Assembly (NCBI GenBank): GCA_000934665.2
Contig: KZ538139.1
Coordinates: forward strand, 62,001-117,258
Source: Catajapyx aquilonaris
Lineage: Eukaryota
Direction of reading: 5' to 3'
DNA: 55,258 nucleotides
Shown here piece after piece: positions 26,101 through 37,530 of the stretch. A model generated the notes under the pieces. That model was given only the letters and a program-made list of their open reading frames with translations. It was not told the DNA's origin and did no database searches. How positions within the stretch are numbered: the stretch's first letter is position 1; each line of letters begins with the position of its first letter. The translations under genes were made by a program, and so were the position numbers.

Positions 26101-29100
26101 ATCCTTAAGCCTGTTTGGCTTCCAAACCCATCTTGGGACTTTTCCAAAGCGCTCTAACAAATCTGTCGACTGGATTGGAGGGCTGAATTGTGTGTGTGGA
26201 GGGGGGGGGGGGGGGGNGGGGGGGGGTTAAAATTGGGTTTTCTCTATAACCGGGTTCGTCATTATGCCAGGAATCAAACGGAAAACCTGTTGCCTATCTC
26301 CTGGAGCACATTTTGGGATAGTCCAACAACTCGATTTGGGTCATAATTCAACCTAATTTAAATATGTAAAAATTAGTAGGTCGAAGGAGAGCTTTACAAG
26401 CGGCTAATTACGCAATTTGAAGTATGAGGTGATTGTAATTTCAAATGGAGGGAACCCGGATTGCATGGACGATCAGCTCGATTTTTAGATGATGCGCGTG
26501 CGTGTGTCTTGGCGATAAACTTCTAATGAGTCTGATAGGTGCTGAAGTTTTACGGTCAAGAGCGTGACAGTTACTGTCATTTTGTGCTAAAAATACCACC
26601 TTCGGAAGGCCGATGTCCAAAGTTAATTCTGATGACACTGCGCCCTTCTATACGTACAGGCGTATAGGTCAAAGGTTAGTGGTCGTAAAGCAATATTAAT
26701 ACCATAGCTTTTAATATTAAGAACCATAATCTCTGTTTCTTGGTACTGTACTGTAATGCTGCGGAATTATTTCACAACATCTCTGTTATTATTGAACCCT
26801 ATCATTAATTATGTACAGTATACACTATACAGGCTCTAATATATCAGGCCTTCCACGAAATCTTGATCTGGCCAAAATCTTACAGGCTCTTGTGGATTTG
26901 ACACGACCCATGAATATTCATCCCATCCTCAAAATATTCTTGTTATTGGAGCTCCAATATCTGACAAAAACTATATATGATTCACCCAATGAATTTTTCT
27001 ATCTAATACAACCAGATATTTCGAACATTACAAGATGACTTACCGTAGTTTTCTCGAGGCACCTCAGTAAGTGGTGGTGCTGCAACTCGAAAATGTCTTC
27101 TTCCTTGCCATCCTCGAGTTCTATGCCCGATTCCTGGGCCGCCAGTCGCGCTTCAACCGCCTTCTTTTTGCTGACGAAGGCAGCTCCTGAAGACGCTTTG
27201 GCGATCCGGATTCGTGCCAATCTCGCTTTCTGCGAAAAAAAGAGGAACGACGATAAAAATGGGGCCACTTTAATTCCTTGCAAGTTTATCCAAAGCCTTC
27301 TTTGCGTATATAAAGAAATCCAGGGAATGGGGGTTTGGCTTAGACGTGTGCTGGGAATGCCTAAAATACCTTCTGGAAATGTACGGGTACCAGTCATGTG
27401 GAGTGTAATATCCTATATAGGGTGTGCATAAAATGACTCGAATTGGTGTTTCCAAGCACGTGCAGACCGTAAATTCGGCATAAATCATCCAGTGCGAGTA
27501 TAAAAAAAAAAACGGGTAAGGTTTTTTGGAGGAAACATACTGCACATACATAAAAGTGGGATTTTTCCGGTACTATAAACAAATCTAGTTCGAATTCCAT
27601 TGGTGGGTGTGCCAGAAACCTGCCACCCGAATTGCGTGTGTAATATCCATTGCTCTATATAAGGCAATGAAAGTATGCAAATTGATTTACCTGCACTGGG
27701 CGATATTATTTTTTATGATTTAAATCGATTTAAATGATATCGTACTGCTAGCTATGAAATGACCCAATATTGATGGAAAAAAGCTAAGGAATATTAGTAC
27801 TAATAAAAAGATGCCGTTTGACGAAAAAGGAAGAGGAAAGTGGAAAATAAGGCAATTTAAATATGAGGTCGGGAGCTGAGGCGGAAGAATGACAGTCGAA
27901 ATTGGGCGTGGTGGGGCCTGGTCCATGCTCGCATCCTGAGGCGAGATAAAATGGTCGGGAAGGGCAATAAAAAAAAGCCGTGGTGGATATGATGATGATT
28001 TTTTCTGAGGGAAGGGAAGGGTCTTCATCATCGTATCGAGATCATGACGTGAGCATTATTATTTTGGGGGGAATCTGTGACGTCATGTCGTTGACGTCGC
28101 TTTTTTTTATCCGGAGGGTAGTATCGATTGAGTGCTGATGACGCAACCTTCTTCGTCAACAGTCGAGCCCATTAACCCGTAGGGTTATCCTCTTTTATTT
28201 AACCAAAGTGATGTCAATTTGACTGGTCACAGCAGTGTTGATTGCCTGTTTTAATTTTAATACTGATTAATTAGTGCGCAGTCATCAAATCGTCAATTAC
28301 ACTGCCACCTGTCGTGGCTTGAGAGCAACAACTCCCGCCGATGTGGTTGACTATATGAAACATGGCGACTTCCTTAATATTAATCGGCCTCTTTCCTCTC
28401 GAGGCGTCGAGGGGGGAGTGCTAAATCCTTTTTGCGGGGTTTCTCCCCTCTCCCTATCAATAAAATCCTCCTCCTCCTCCTCCTCTTCTCCCCTCCCTTT
28501 CCATGACTGGCTTTGTTCCGCCGCATTTCCCGCCAGCTGTCGTTACTGCCGCGCCCAACTTTAACAAACAATTTTCCGCTTGCGACCGCCTTTCAGATCT
28601 CTCGCCTTTGCAGCAAGTAATTTTCTTCCTTGCAACACAGTCCTAAAGATCGCGACTTCCATTCGGATTCATTATCAAGGGAGGATGGTGGCAAGGGGAT
28701 TGGAAAGTGGCGTCACTTTTTCTTTTGTGGCGGTAGAGGGCGGTGGGCACAAAATGGCCACCAATTTGGGGAGCTCATTTGTGAGCACTCAGGCCTAGAA
28801 CAAAGGTCTGATTTTGAAATATGGGGGTAGCTAGAGATTCGTTTCATTTTGGTGGCGTTGTTCTGTGCAGGGTGAGATAACATGGATGTTATTGCACTGC
28901 AAGTAACGTTACACAGCTCCACTAGATGGGATTGATTGCAAGTTGGGAGTTAAGCCAGAAGATGGCGTGGATGCTTTGTAACAAGTCGTGTTGCAGCCTC
29001 AGACGTTGACCACTGCAGGGGAGGTGACCTATAGGCAAATCAGATCTCACAATCTTGAATGCAGAGGTTGTCTCACCCTATACTGACAATCGAAGCGAAA

Positions 29101-32100
29101 CCAACATGATTGTCTCCTTGGCAAGGGTACTTGGAACTTCATGAACTTTGGCTTGGCGCAATAAAAGTACCGCTCATTGGCAAGCTAAGGAGAGACTGAT
29201 CGAAGAGAGGGGATGCCATCATCCTCCCAATAGCTGCCAGTATAGAGTTGGATGAGGGTGTATAATGGCGTTTCTGAGGAGTTAAAGTTCGGCCAACTTT
29301 CATCGCCTTGAGGGAATAGATGAGTTTTATGTTCCGCTCTCTGGTTGGTCAGGTTGTCAGCCGGGTGCTAATAAGAGTGGAACTTTTCTCATGCTTAGAC
29401 AAAGGTGATGTTGACGTTCTCTGAACAAGCTACTTTTATTAAGAATTTTTGATAACAAGGATGTAATTACTTGGTATGGGGAGGGGATATAGTTTGAAGG
29501 CAATTTTTGTATTTTAGGGCTCATATTTATGGCGATGTCTGCCTGTGGACAATGTTGATAGGGCTATAAATGCCAAATATGATTCACTCAACATGGCCAC
29601 CCATGTTGCGTTGAATAAATCTTCATTCTATTGCATTACATTTTTCTTTTCATCTTTTTAATTCTGAATAGGTTTAATTTTATACAATGATTACATTACG
29701 TACTGTACTGTACGTGTGTCTCCTGCATGGTTATAGAGAGAGCTGCATATTTCGCTTAATAGTGAAACTTTGGACCGTGGCCATTATCAATATAATTTTG
29801 GTGGCATGTATGTAAACACCGAAATGGAGTGATGAAAACGGTACAAGTCCATTGAAATACTTCATGTAGTATTTATAACTTACTGTGTTTGTCTCGGTTT
29901 TTACTCAACATCCATGGTGTATATGCAAACACCCACAACATATGCATGATATGTAGGTACAATTAATTTATTCTCTTTTATTCTGTCTCAGACAAATGAT
30001 ATATTTGTGCCATGAGGGAGGAGCGATGCGGGAGATTAGTCATGAATGATGAACGCAGGCTCTGTCCTTGTGTTATTTATTAATTACGATATTGATCCGT
30101 AAATCAACAAGGTAATATCAAGCAGCGCAACAGCAATATGCAAACAATTGAATGAATTTACTTAATTTTCTCTCCAGAATATGTATGAGTTGTGGTTAGA
30201 ATGTACCTGTCCTGCAATTAAAATTTTTCCACCTAAGCTGGATATACTTTCGCCAGTCACAGCTTAATTTTGATAGGCCTATCATTAAATGTCTCCTGCA
30301 GTTAGTGTCGCTAATGAAGACGTCGCCAGGGAGCAGTAGAAAATGAGAATGATTCGCCTCCAGAAAAGGGTGGGTAGACTCGAGTGCAACACTTGGGAAC
30401 ATCTGAATCGCTCCAGAAATGTCCTTCTGATGGCCCCGCAGGTGGAGCAAAGGGCCTTCTACTTAAAAACCATTCCCTTTCTTTTCGTTTTCTTCCCTTT
30501 TTTTCCTCCTTGTAACATCCCATCCACTTTAATTCCCCTTTGGCTTGCGCTGGGAGCTTTTTCTAGTCACAATTGCTCGGGGGAGATCTGATGGCACCGC
30601 CATCTACTTGATTTGATTTACTTCCCGTTTCCTAGAGATGTGTCATGATACTGGTAATTACAGAGAAAGGAAAGTCAAGGGCCCATAAAGGCTCCCGTGC
30701 ACAGGAAGCGTGTCCGATTTCCTAACTATTCAGATCCATGTAGATAAACTCTGGTGGATCCGGTTATGTAGCTAAGGTTTCTGATATTGTCATATCGCCT
30801 GGTTGAACAGTTTGTTTTAATAAATATTTAAAAATTTAAGTACATTTATGATGATCACCTAATTACTTCATACCATTTCCATATCTAGACTCTAGTTGAT
30901 GTTAGGTCACCACAGGTTAGTTAATTGCTGGACCTCATTCGGTGGGATAATGTAATAAAATGAGTCCTCCGCCATCAATTTGCACCAAAATCGGCGAGGC
31001 TATTACGCATCAGTTCCCAAAGGGAATCGCTTAGCCAATAGCCCTCCTAGCATTATTTATCAGCCAACGTGATTGGCAGACTGTTAATTTTGGCGCGACC
31101 AGGGACTCTGGGTTTTTCGCTTTCGCTGTTTTTTATCGTCTGAACGACGCCAGTGTTGAAGGAGGAGAAAAGTCAGATTAGCGAATCGATCTCGAAGCCC
31201 CCCCTTTTATTTTATGTACTGTGCTCGTGGACCTTTCAACAATTAAGTCGCTGAGCAAATGTTGCCCCAGGTGACACGAAAGCTCCTGGACCCAGGATAT
31301 TGAGGGAAAAAAAAAGTCTATCAAGTTCCTAGACATAATCAGATTAAGTAGATGAACTCTCATCTGATCAAGCACGCACACTGATAGATCCATCTATACA
31401 ATATAGTATAATAGAGCTGTAAAATTCATAATTTTTGATTAAGTGCAGTCATGTCCAGAATTGTTCCAGATTTCTATTATACTGTGCCTTAATAAAATTT
31501 GAGTGTGACGTATTGGAAGGTGAGAATGGCTGACGAAGAAAAGAGCGTCAGCAGGAGAGGATTAATTTATAGTACCATGAATCAAGCCTTCAGCCCTTGC
31601 GAGAAGGAATACAGATGTTTCTCCTTTTATTTATAGTTCCGCCTTGGGTGGTGGATAAAGAATGGACCAAACGACGAAGAAGGATTCTCCGGGACACTTC
31701 TCTGCTCCTGACACTTACGTTTTCTACTTATCTCTCATTTTGTCACTGTCAATCCCAAATATATTAGGACACTGCAGTGTTGGCGTCACAATGCGGGGAA
31801 GGGTGCGTTCAAATAAAGGCCGATCTGCAATAGTTAACCTTTGCGTAACTCGACTTCGGGAATAGTTTTTAGGGGGAGGGCACGGGGATATAAACGGCCC
31901 AACCTTTGTTACTAAGGTCACAGTGAGAGTGTGTGAAAGGCGTTAGTACCTTGGGAACCATAAATTTTCTGGCTTGTCACCAAATCGGGGCCTGATTAGA
32001 TGCTTCGTTAACTCGCTTAATTTCCTGCAAGGCAGACTATGAGTCAAGTTCACACTGGCTCTAACTTTTGCTTTGGGGAGGTCGGAGGGGTAGGAGGCTG

Positions 32101-34435
32101 TAATTACCCACTTTTTGACACACTCAGCTTAAAATCTGCCAAACTTTTGGATGCATGCGATGTCGGTAATACCCTACGGTGATAATATCTGAAATGATCT
32201 AAATCATTGGAGACCTAACCTAACCTAACCCTCCTCTTCGGCTAGCTCACGACTAGCCTCCGTTCACCTCAGCATCCACGCTATCTCTCAGGCCAACTCT
32301 CAACTAACCCTATCTTGTGGCTGCGGGAGACGTCACAATTCCATTAAATATTTGGTGAAATTTTTCCCTCACACTCGCCTGACTAATATCATATGAATGT
32401 GGACCATTTTGCGAGCCGATGATATTGACTCTTCGCTATATTTGGGAGGTCGGCCGGACACGCGTGACGCATTTGTTTGCGGATAATTGGACAGGAACAA
32501 CATGGGATTGGAGGATTTATTTGCACAAGCGCAAAACTATGCAAAGGGCACTTTGGTCCAAGTTTTGGGAATTAGGAAGTCTAATTGGAGACCCCGTCCT
32601 CTTTGCGCTGCTTTGACTGTAAAGGGATAAAAGCAAACACCAATCGGGCGCATTTGCCTTCCAGGTGAGTCTATTTGTGGCCAATCCGAGCCATGCTCGT
32701 TAGAGCCAACATTTCATACTTGCATTTAATTGTCCACATTTCCTTGCCCGACTGTGTTTGCCTTGGCCTTCAGTGTTATTTGGAGGGGTCGAGCGGGATT
32801 ATCCCATCTTGGTAATTAAACCGCCAAGAAAGGAAACAATCAGTCCAAATACAATCTGCTTTGATCGCCCAGGAACGACAGCCCAAGCGACATTGTCATC
32901 AGCCAGCAGTTTTTGATAGGTTTTTGGCGAGACACATAGGCAGGTGATTGGCAATATAGCCATTGGAGAGAGGAATTCCGACATCTCGATGTGACATATT
33001 GCACGAATTTTTGCTGTTCCTAGGAATGTCAGATGGGTCCACAAATCATACGAACATACATCCTCATACAGTATGTTAAGTCAGAAAGTACACTTGCAAA
33101 GTGGAGGCAGTCAGGCTGCATAAAACAACAGGGAAACAAGCTCCTCCTAGATAGGCTTTTATATAAAGAGGATAATTTTGGGCTGGGAAAGCCTCTGGGG
33201 GATTCAAGTCTGGTTTCGGGAGAGGATTTCCACGGAGGAAGGCCTGATCACAGCTCATTAAGGAGCAGAGTCGGAGAGAAGATAGATTGCCGGTTGCCCT
33301 GGCAGCTGGGCTCTCAAACAGGGGATCTCCACCACCTGATATGGCCCACACACTCTCTCACCAGTCTTACTTGCTTACACAGGGGCTCACGCCTTGATGA
33401 AAGCAAAACACCCACCAATGGCTTTTATCAGATTGACTCCTGAAGTTGGGAACATTCGAACTAGCAAAAACCGGGCCTAACGGTTCCGAGCTAACCACGT
33501 GGCAGCCATGAGAAAGAACCATCATGGTGAGGCTGCTGAACACTTCAGGAAATGTCGGTTTTCTCCAATTTCTCTGATGTTTTTAGTTGAGTAGAATTTA
33601 CAGGTGTAGACATATAGAGTCTATATGTCTATATCTGTAAATTCTACGCAACTACTCTTAAAATCATCAGAGAAATGGGAGATATCCGACATTTCCCGAA
33701 GTGTTTGGCAGCCTCGCCATGATGGTTCTTTCCCATGGCATGCCGAAAACATTTCCTGAAGTGTTCAGCAGCCTCACATGATGGTTCTAGATCTAGAGTA
33801 TATATGCACACAAATACTACTTTATATGTTGTCTATTCTATAGAGATCACGATAAGTTTCACCATGGAACGCACTTGTGGCGAAGCGTCGAACTACATCC
33901 TCGTTGGGCGCCATTTTGGTTCGCGCCTGATCTCATTACATCACAGACTGATTGATGGTTCTAGTCACGAACCAGGTAAAAGGCGGGATCTGTCTGATTA
34001 CACAACCGTTACAAAAATGTCAACTTCCTTTTCTGCTGAGATACCGGAAAGGGAACCCTGGTCTAATCTGCAGTCATTAAGGCAGCCGACGAGCTTGGCA
34101 CGAAATGCGGTGCATATACGGAAGCTGTCATACCGTGTATATGAGTGTGACATGAGCACGAAAGGATTGCGTGCAAGAACACCCCTCACAAAATCTGGAT
34201 TCCTGGTGGGCAACAACCCTTGACTTGACCTGCCGAGAATCTGAACCACGCCCTATAAACATTGACCAGTACCTTTTGAGCTTTCCTCTTGTCAGCCCTC
34301 TGGTTTTGGTGGTAGATTCGGCTGAAGTTGGACACAATAACGGGCACAGGAAGGGCGATCACCAACACACCACTGAGTGAGCACACACCACCCACGATCT
34401 TGCCAGTTATCGTGCTGGGCACCATGTCACCATAT
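10682..34435 (-). CDS. Shal: Voltage-gated potassium channel Shal/Kv4 (KCND), 5'-partial; exons 34435-34273, 27229-27044, 22783-22622, then 11125-10682 or 17389-17270
   Basis: Pore/S6 [32 protein letters not shown], the Kv4 dileucine motif [16 protein letters not shown] and [19 protein letters not shown]. All junctions are GT-AG and in phase. The N-terminus to S5 is not in the window. Confidence 0.96.
12653..12708. repeat. Partial copy of the 3180-3251 hairpin family
   Basis: GGAATTTTAGTCCCGCACTGCTAGTTACTGCTAACTTAGCAGTA shares its core with 3180-3251. Confidence 0.75.
12711..12898. mobile_element. Truncated MITE, same family as 42781-43038, opposite orientation
   Basis: CAGTGCTGGACATTAAT..GTCATACTGCTAGCGACATTTT terminus; internal GCGAGTAAGAA..TTCTTACTCGC arms; the spacer GGGGACAAGCCTTTTCTCC is the reverse complement of that in the 42781 copy. 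Confidence 0.85.
15148..15177. repeat. Interstitial (CCTAA)n = TTAGG arthropod telomere-type repeat
   Basis: AACCTAACCTAACCTAACCTAGCCTAACCC, flanked by a short inverted pair TTGAAGGCA/TGCCTTCAA; a similar tract is at ~32214-32231. Confidence 0.8.
16651..16656 (-). promoter_or_regulatory. Candidate poly(A) signal for the proximal Shal last exon
   Basis: ATTAAA on -, ~610 nt past the stop at 17270, after a low-complexity UTR-like stretch. Confidence 0.35.
17270..17389 (-). CDS. Shal: Shal proximal alternative last exon (39 aa, Drosophila-like tail ending [10 protein letters not shown])
   Basis: Acceptor GTGCCTGATTCGTTCCAG, phase 0, matching the QRYQ donor. Encodes [39 protein letters not shown]. 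As I recall, Drosophila Shal ends ..DGTYLVEASF. Confidence 0.8.
   Translation of the reverse strand: MAGARPQFMAVERSCCDEDGAEPAPEAGVDGTCLVEASF
22622..22783 (-). CDS. Shal: Shal internal exon (54 aa)
   Basis: [48 protein letters not shown] acceptor and GTAACC donor. Confidence 0.93.
25787..25926. mobile_element. 140-bp MITE with long TIRs and TA flanks (Tc1/mariner-like)
   Basis: TA|CTATGGGGCTCAAATGGTTTTGGCCACTTTATCCTG...CAGGATAAAGTGGCCAAAACAATTTGAGCCCCACAG|TA. Confidence 0.85.
27044..27229 (-). CDS. Shal: Shal internal exon (62 aa) with the dileucine dendritic-targeting motif
   Basis: [48 protein letters not shown] acceptor and GTAAGT donor. Confidence 0.96.
33505..33788. mobile_element. 235-bp fully palindromic MITE-like element (33505-33739) plus a partial duplicate of its right arm (~33749-33788)
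   Basis: GCCATGAGAAAGAACCATCATGG...TAGACATATAGA/TCTATATGTCTA...CCATGATGGTTCTTTCCCATGGC. Confidence 0.85.
34273..34435 (-). CDS. Shal: Shal pore/S6 exon (163 nt)
   Basis: (G)[54 protein letters not shown]; the phase-2 TTTACAG acceptor falls within the first Gly codon of GYG. Confidence 0.97.
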
Positions 34436-37244
34436 CTGTAAAGCAAAGAGTGTGTTTACTGCCAACTATTCCACCAATCACACTAACTGTAAAAGTAAGT
34501 TTGGGCCCAATTTTTGGATAATTGTTTGTAGGACTATCCAACCGAATGTGGTCCTTTAGTGGTGACCCCCCCCCCCCCNCCCCAGAAAAATAAGGCACCA
34601 TCAATGTATGGCATTTTGAACCCCTTTTTCCTCTACACAAAACCCTTTTCCAGCAAAGCTTCTGGCTTCTCCAGGAATCATGACGCCATAAATATGAGTG
34701 CAAAAAAAATAGAGTTTGGGTCACTTCACACGGGAGACCTCAATATGAAGGCAGAATGGAGCATAAATCTTTTCGCGGTCGCAACGAGAAGAAGAAGAAG
34801 AAGAAGGAGAAGACGGAAAAAAGTATCGATGGATGTGAAATATCGTCAAGTTTATGGAGCTAGAAAATGGAACTTGAGAAATAACAAATGAGGACGTTTT
34901 TTTGGGTCATGTTTTGGGTGGGTCTAACCGATGTGTTTCCGGATGTCACATGATGGACAAATAATCCGGTAGTGTGCTGGTAATAATTTTGAAAAGTTTT
35001 TAATGGAGTTGAAAAAAAAATGCAGTTGGGGAAAAAGTTTTATCTTGCTGAAATGTGCACTTTTGATCTTGCTTGTAAGAAATGCAGCATTTTTTTTTTT
35101 GCTTCTTTTTTTTGAGATAATTAGGAGTCTGTTGTCTGATGCTGACTTGGATGGAAATATCTGACGTCAGGAATTTTCCAGCTTTTCAGTCAACTGGCTT
35201 ACAGAAAAGGTGCTTAGTTCCACTCGATTCGAAGAAACACAGAACGTCACTGCGATTTGCATTTTAATCCGCAATCTCAGCAAACAGTTTTGCAAATTGA
35301 AAACATTTTTTTTGTAGGGGGGTGTATAGTCACAGTGAACATGAGCCTATACGTATATATTTCAATTTAGGTAGGCAATGCAGCGAAAATAGACGTCAGA
35401 AGCAAAATTGGGTCAAACGTCGATTCCAATGTTAGATCTGGAAGGTTATTCCTGTATATGATTACCATAAATTTTATTCACCGAAAATACTGTAAGGCAC
35501 TACGTACTCCCGTAACTGTCCATTTCTAGCAAATATATTGCATATCTAGGCCACTACCTTAAAATGGAGCAAGAATTTGCACATTTGGTAATACCCACAT
35601 AATTATTTCAGACATATGCAATATGTACTCGGTTAGTAACATCAAAAGGTGTAACCTGTGATGCAGACACCCAACGAAAGACAATGCATGCTATACCTTA
35701 TTTTTATTGCATGACGCGCAGTCCACAAACTGCCTGTGGAAAACCCGAGGACAAAAGGTGGTTCCTAAATCGGCGGAAGAGGGCCCGATTGAATCTCATT
35801 GTCACCGACACGAGAAGCACAGTTATGAAACAATTTATAAACATTGGGAGCCAAAATGGAAGCTGATCCTGGACCGCTCACAAAAGATTCGGTCTGCAAA
35901 GTGGCCAGCTCCCTAATGGCGGTATAAAAGCCCTGGGTTCTGGTTAGTTCGCGTTGAAAGCTAGTGCAATCTCATAAATAACAAAATAATCAGATAGATA
36001 ATAAATTAATCAGTACCCCGCTGCAGTTGGGAGGATTGCTAAAAAAAACTGTTCCTAATAGAAGGCGGGGATTTCAAGAGATTAATGGATGATGAATTTT
36101 TTTAAACCAACGGTTTATTGCAACCTAGGTAAACTGCTGGTCCACCGCACAGCATGAGATTATGGGATCGAATGGCAATTATTTCGATAAGCGTACTTGT
36201 CACACAGAAATGAGTCCAGGGGTTATTACTGTGGCTTGACTTGGACAATTGCGTACGTGGTTGTCAACTGATCAGAGAAATTATTTGCCATGATTGTCTC
36301 AATTTTTTTAGCTGGGTTCAGAGCACCGTGAAATCCTGGTGTTCATAAGGCTGGGCTAGGAGTTGAGCTGGTTTAGACCAAGAACATTCCGAACACCTTG
36401 CTGAGGTATCAATCACCTGGAAGCAGATTATAGTCCCCAAATTGCATGCATAAACTAAGAGAACCATATCTAGCCAATAAGTAGACAGAATTGTGGCAAA
36501 GGGTTTTAGGTAGTTGGTAGTAATAAGGCCCGCCTGGTCCATCGCTCGCAAAGATAAGACGCACTCGCCCTCTTCATATATGGAAAGTAAACCATTCGCC
36601 AGGACAAATTGAGAGCATCTAGGAAAGGCTTCTCCTCCAGGGCCAAGGAGATTAGGGAAATTCGTGGAGCTCCTCGACCCCCTCCGCCCCTGGACCTATT
36701 CTACATAATATGGCCATTTGTTGTGACGACATGCTTGTAGGAATGGATGGAAGCAGAAGGGCGCGCGCATCTTTTACGCCGTATCTTTTCTCTGACAACT
36801 ATCTGGTACGGATGACATTCTTTGAAAGGATTTCGGTTCGGCTCCTCCTTTTTTCTGGCCGTTTTTTTAAAGCTTAGTGTGTTCTTTTTCGGTGGATTCG
36901 ACTTGCAGATGGGGGCCTGTGTTGGTATGTTCGTCGCTAACAAAGGAAACGTAGACGGCTGAACTGTGCTCTTAGGCATAAATAAGTGGGCTTTCTTCCC
37001 AGTTGACGGCTCTGCCCTTTGCTTGTTCAGCTATCAGATGTCTGTGTGTCCTTTAATGTTTGAAGTTAATTTGTAAATTATTTACAGGATGTTTCACTAA
37101 ACCTCTGAGATCTGACTTCCCTAGCAGGCCTCAGGATTGCCACCCACCTGCTCCGGTGCGCTTATGCCGATGCCGGTGCGCTTATTTCGGTGCGCTTGTT
37201 CCTACGGCCCAATTAGCCTTGTCTCCGGCTGTCTCCCGACTGCA

Positions 37245-37530
37245 CCGAAGCAGACTGGCATGGTGGATAAGGCGTCCGATTGCTAATCGGGAGGTCCTGG
37301 GTTCGAATCCCGGGCCGACCATCCTGACTGTGGTTTTCCACGGCGGTCTTTCTAGGATAATTCCGGGGTCGCTTTCGTATAATAGGCCACAGCCGCTTCC
37401 TTCCTTCCCTATCATTGGAGGTTGAAGAGGAAATGCCGGGCCAACCTTCCTATTATAAAGTGTTTCACGACTGCATACAACTCCAGCCAAATCCGCCACC
37501 TCGCCACCTCTAGGTAAAACTACAAACTAG
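37245..37530 (+). mobile_element. tRNA-derived SINE
   Basis: A box TGGCATGGTGG (37256-37266), anticodon-like arm CCGA-TTGCTAA-TCGG and B box GGTTCGAATCC (37300-37310), but no acceptor stem. The body GGTTTTCCACGG..AATAGGCCACAGCCGCTTCCTTCC resembles the conserved central domain of insect SINEs. Boundaries are approximate. Confidence 0.8.

Noticed and set aside
19361..34580. Poly-G/C runs containing n (~19379, 24858, 26217, 34579)
   Set aside because: Ambiguous bases inside homopolymers suggest sequencing or assembly uncertainty, so lengths and any G4 claims are unreliable.
37250..37320. tRNA-Ser(GCT) gene
   Set aside because: No paired acceptor stem or long variable arm, and it runs into a SINE body.
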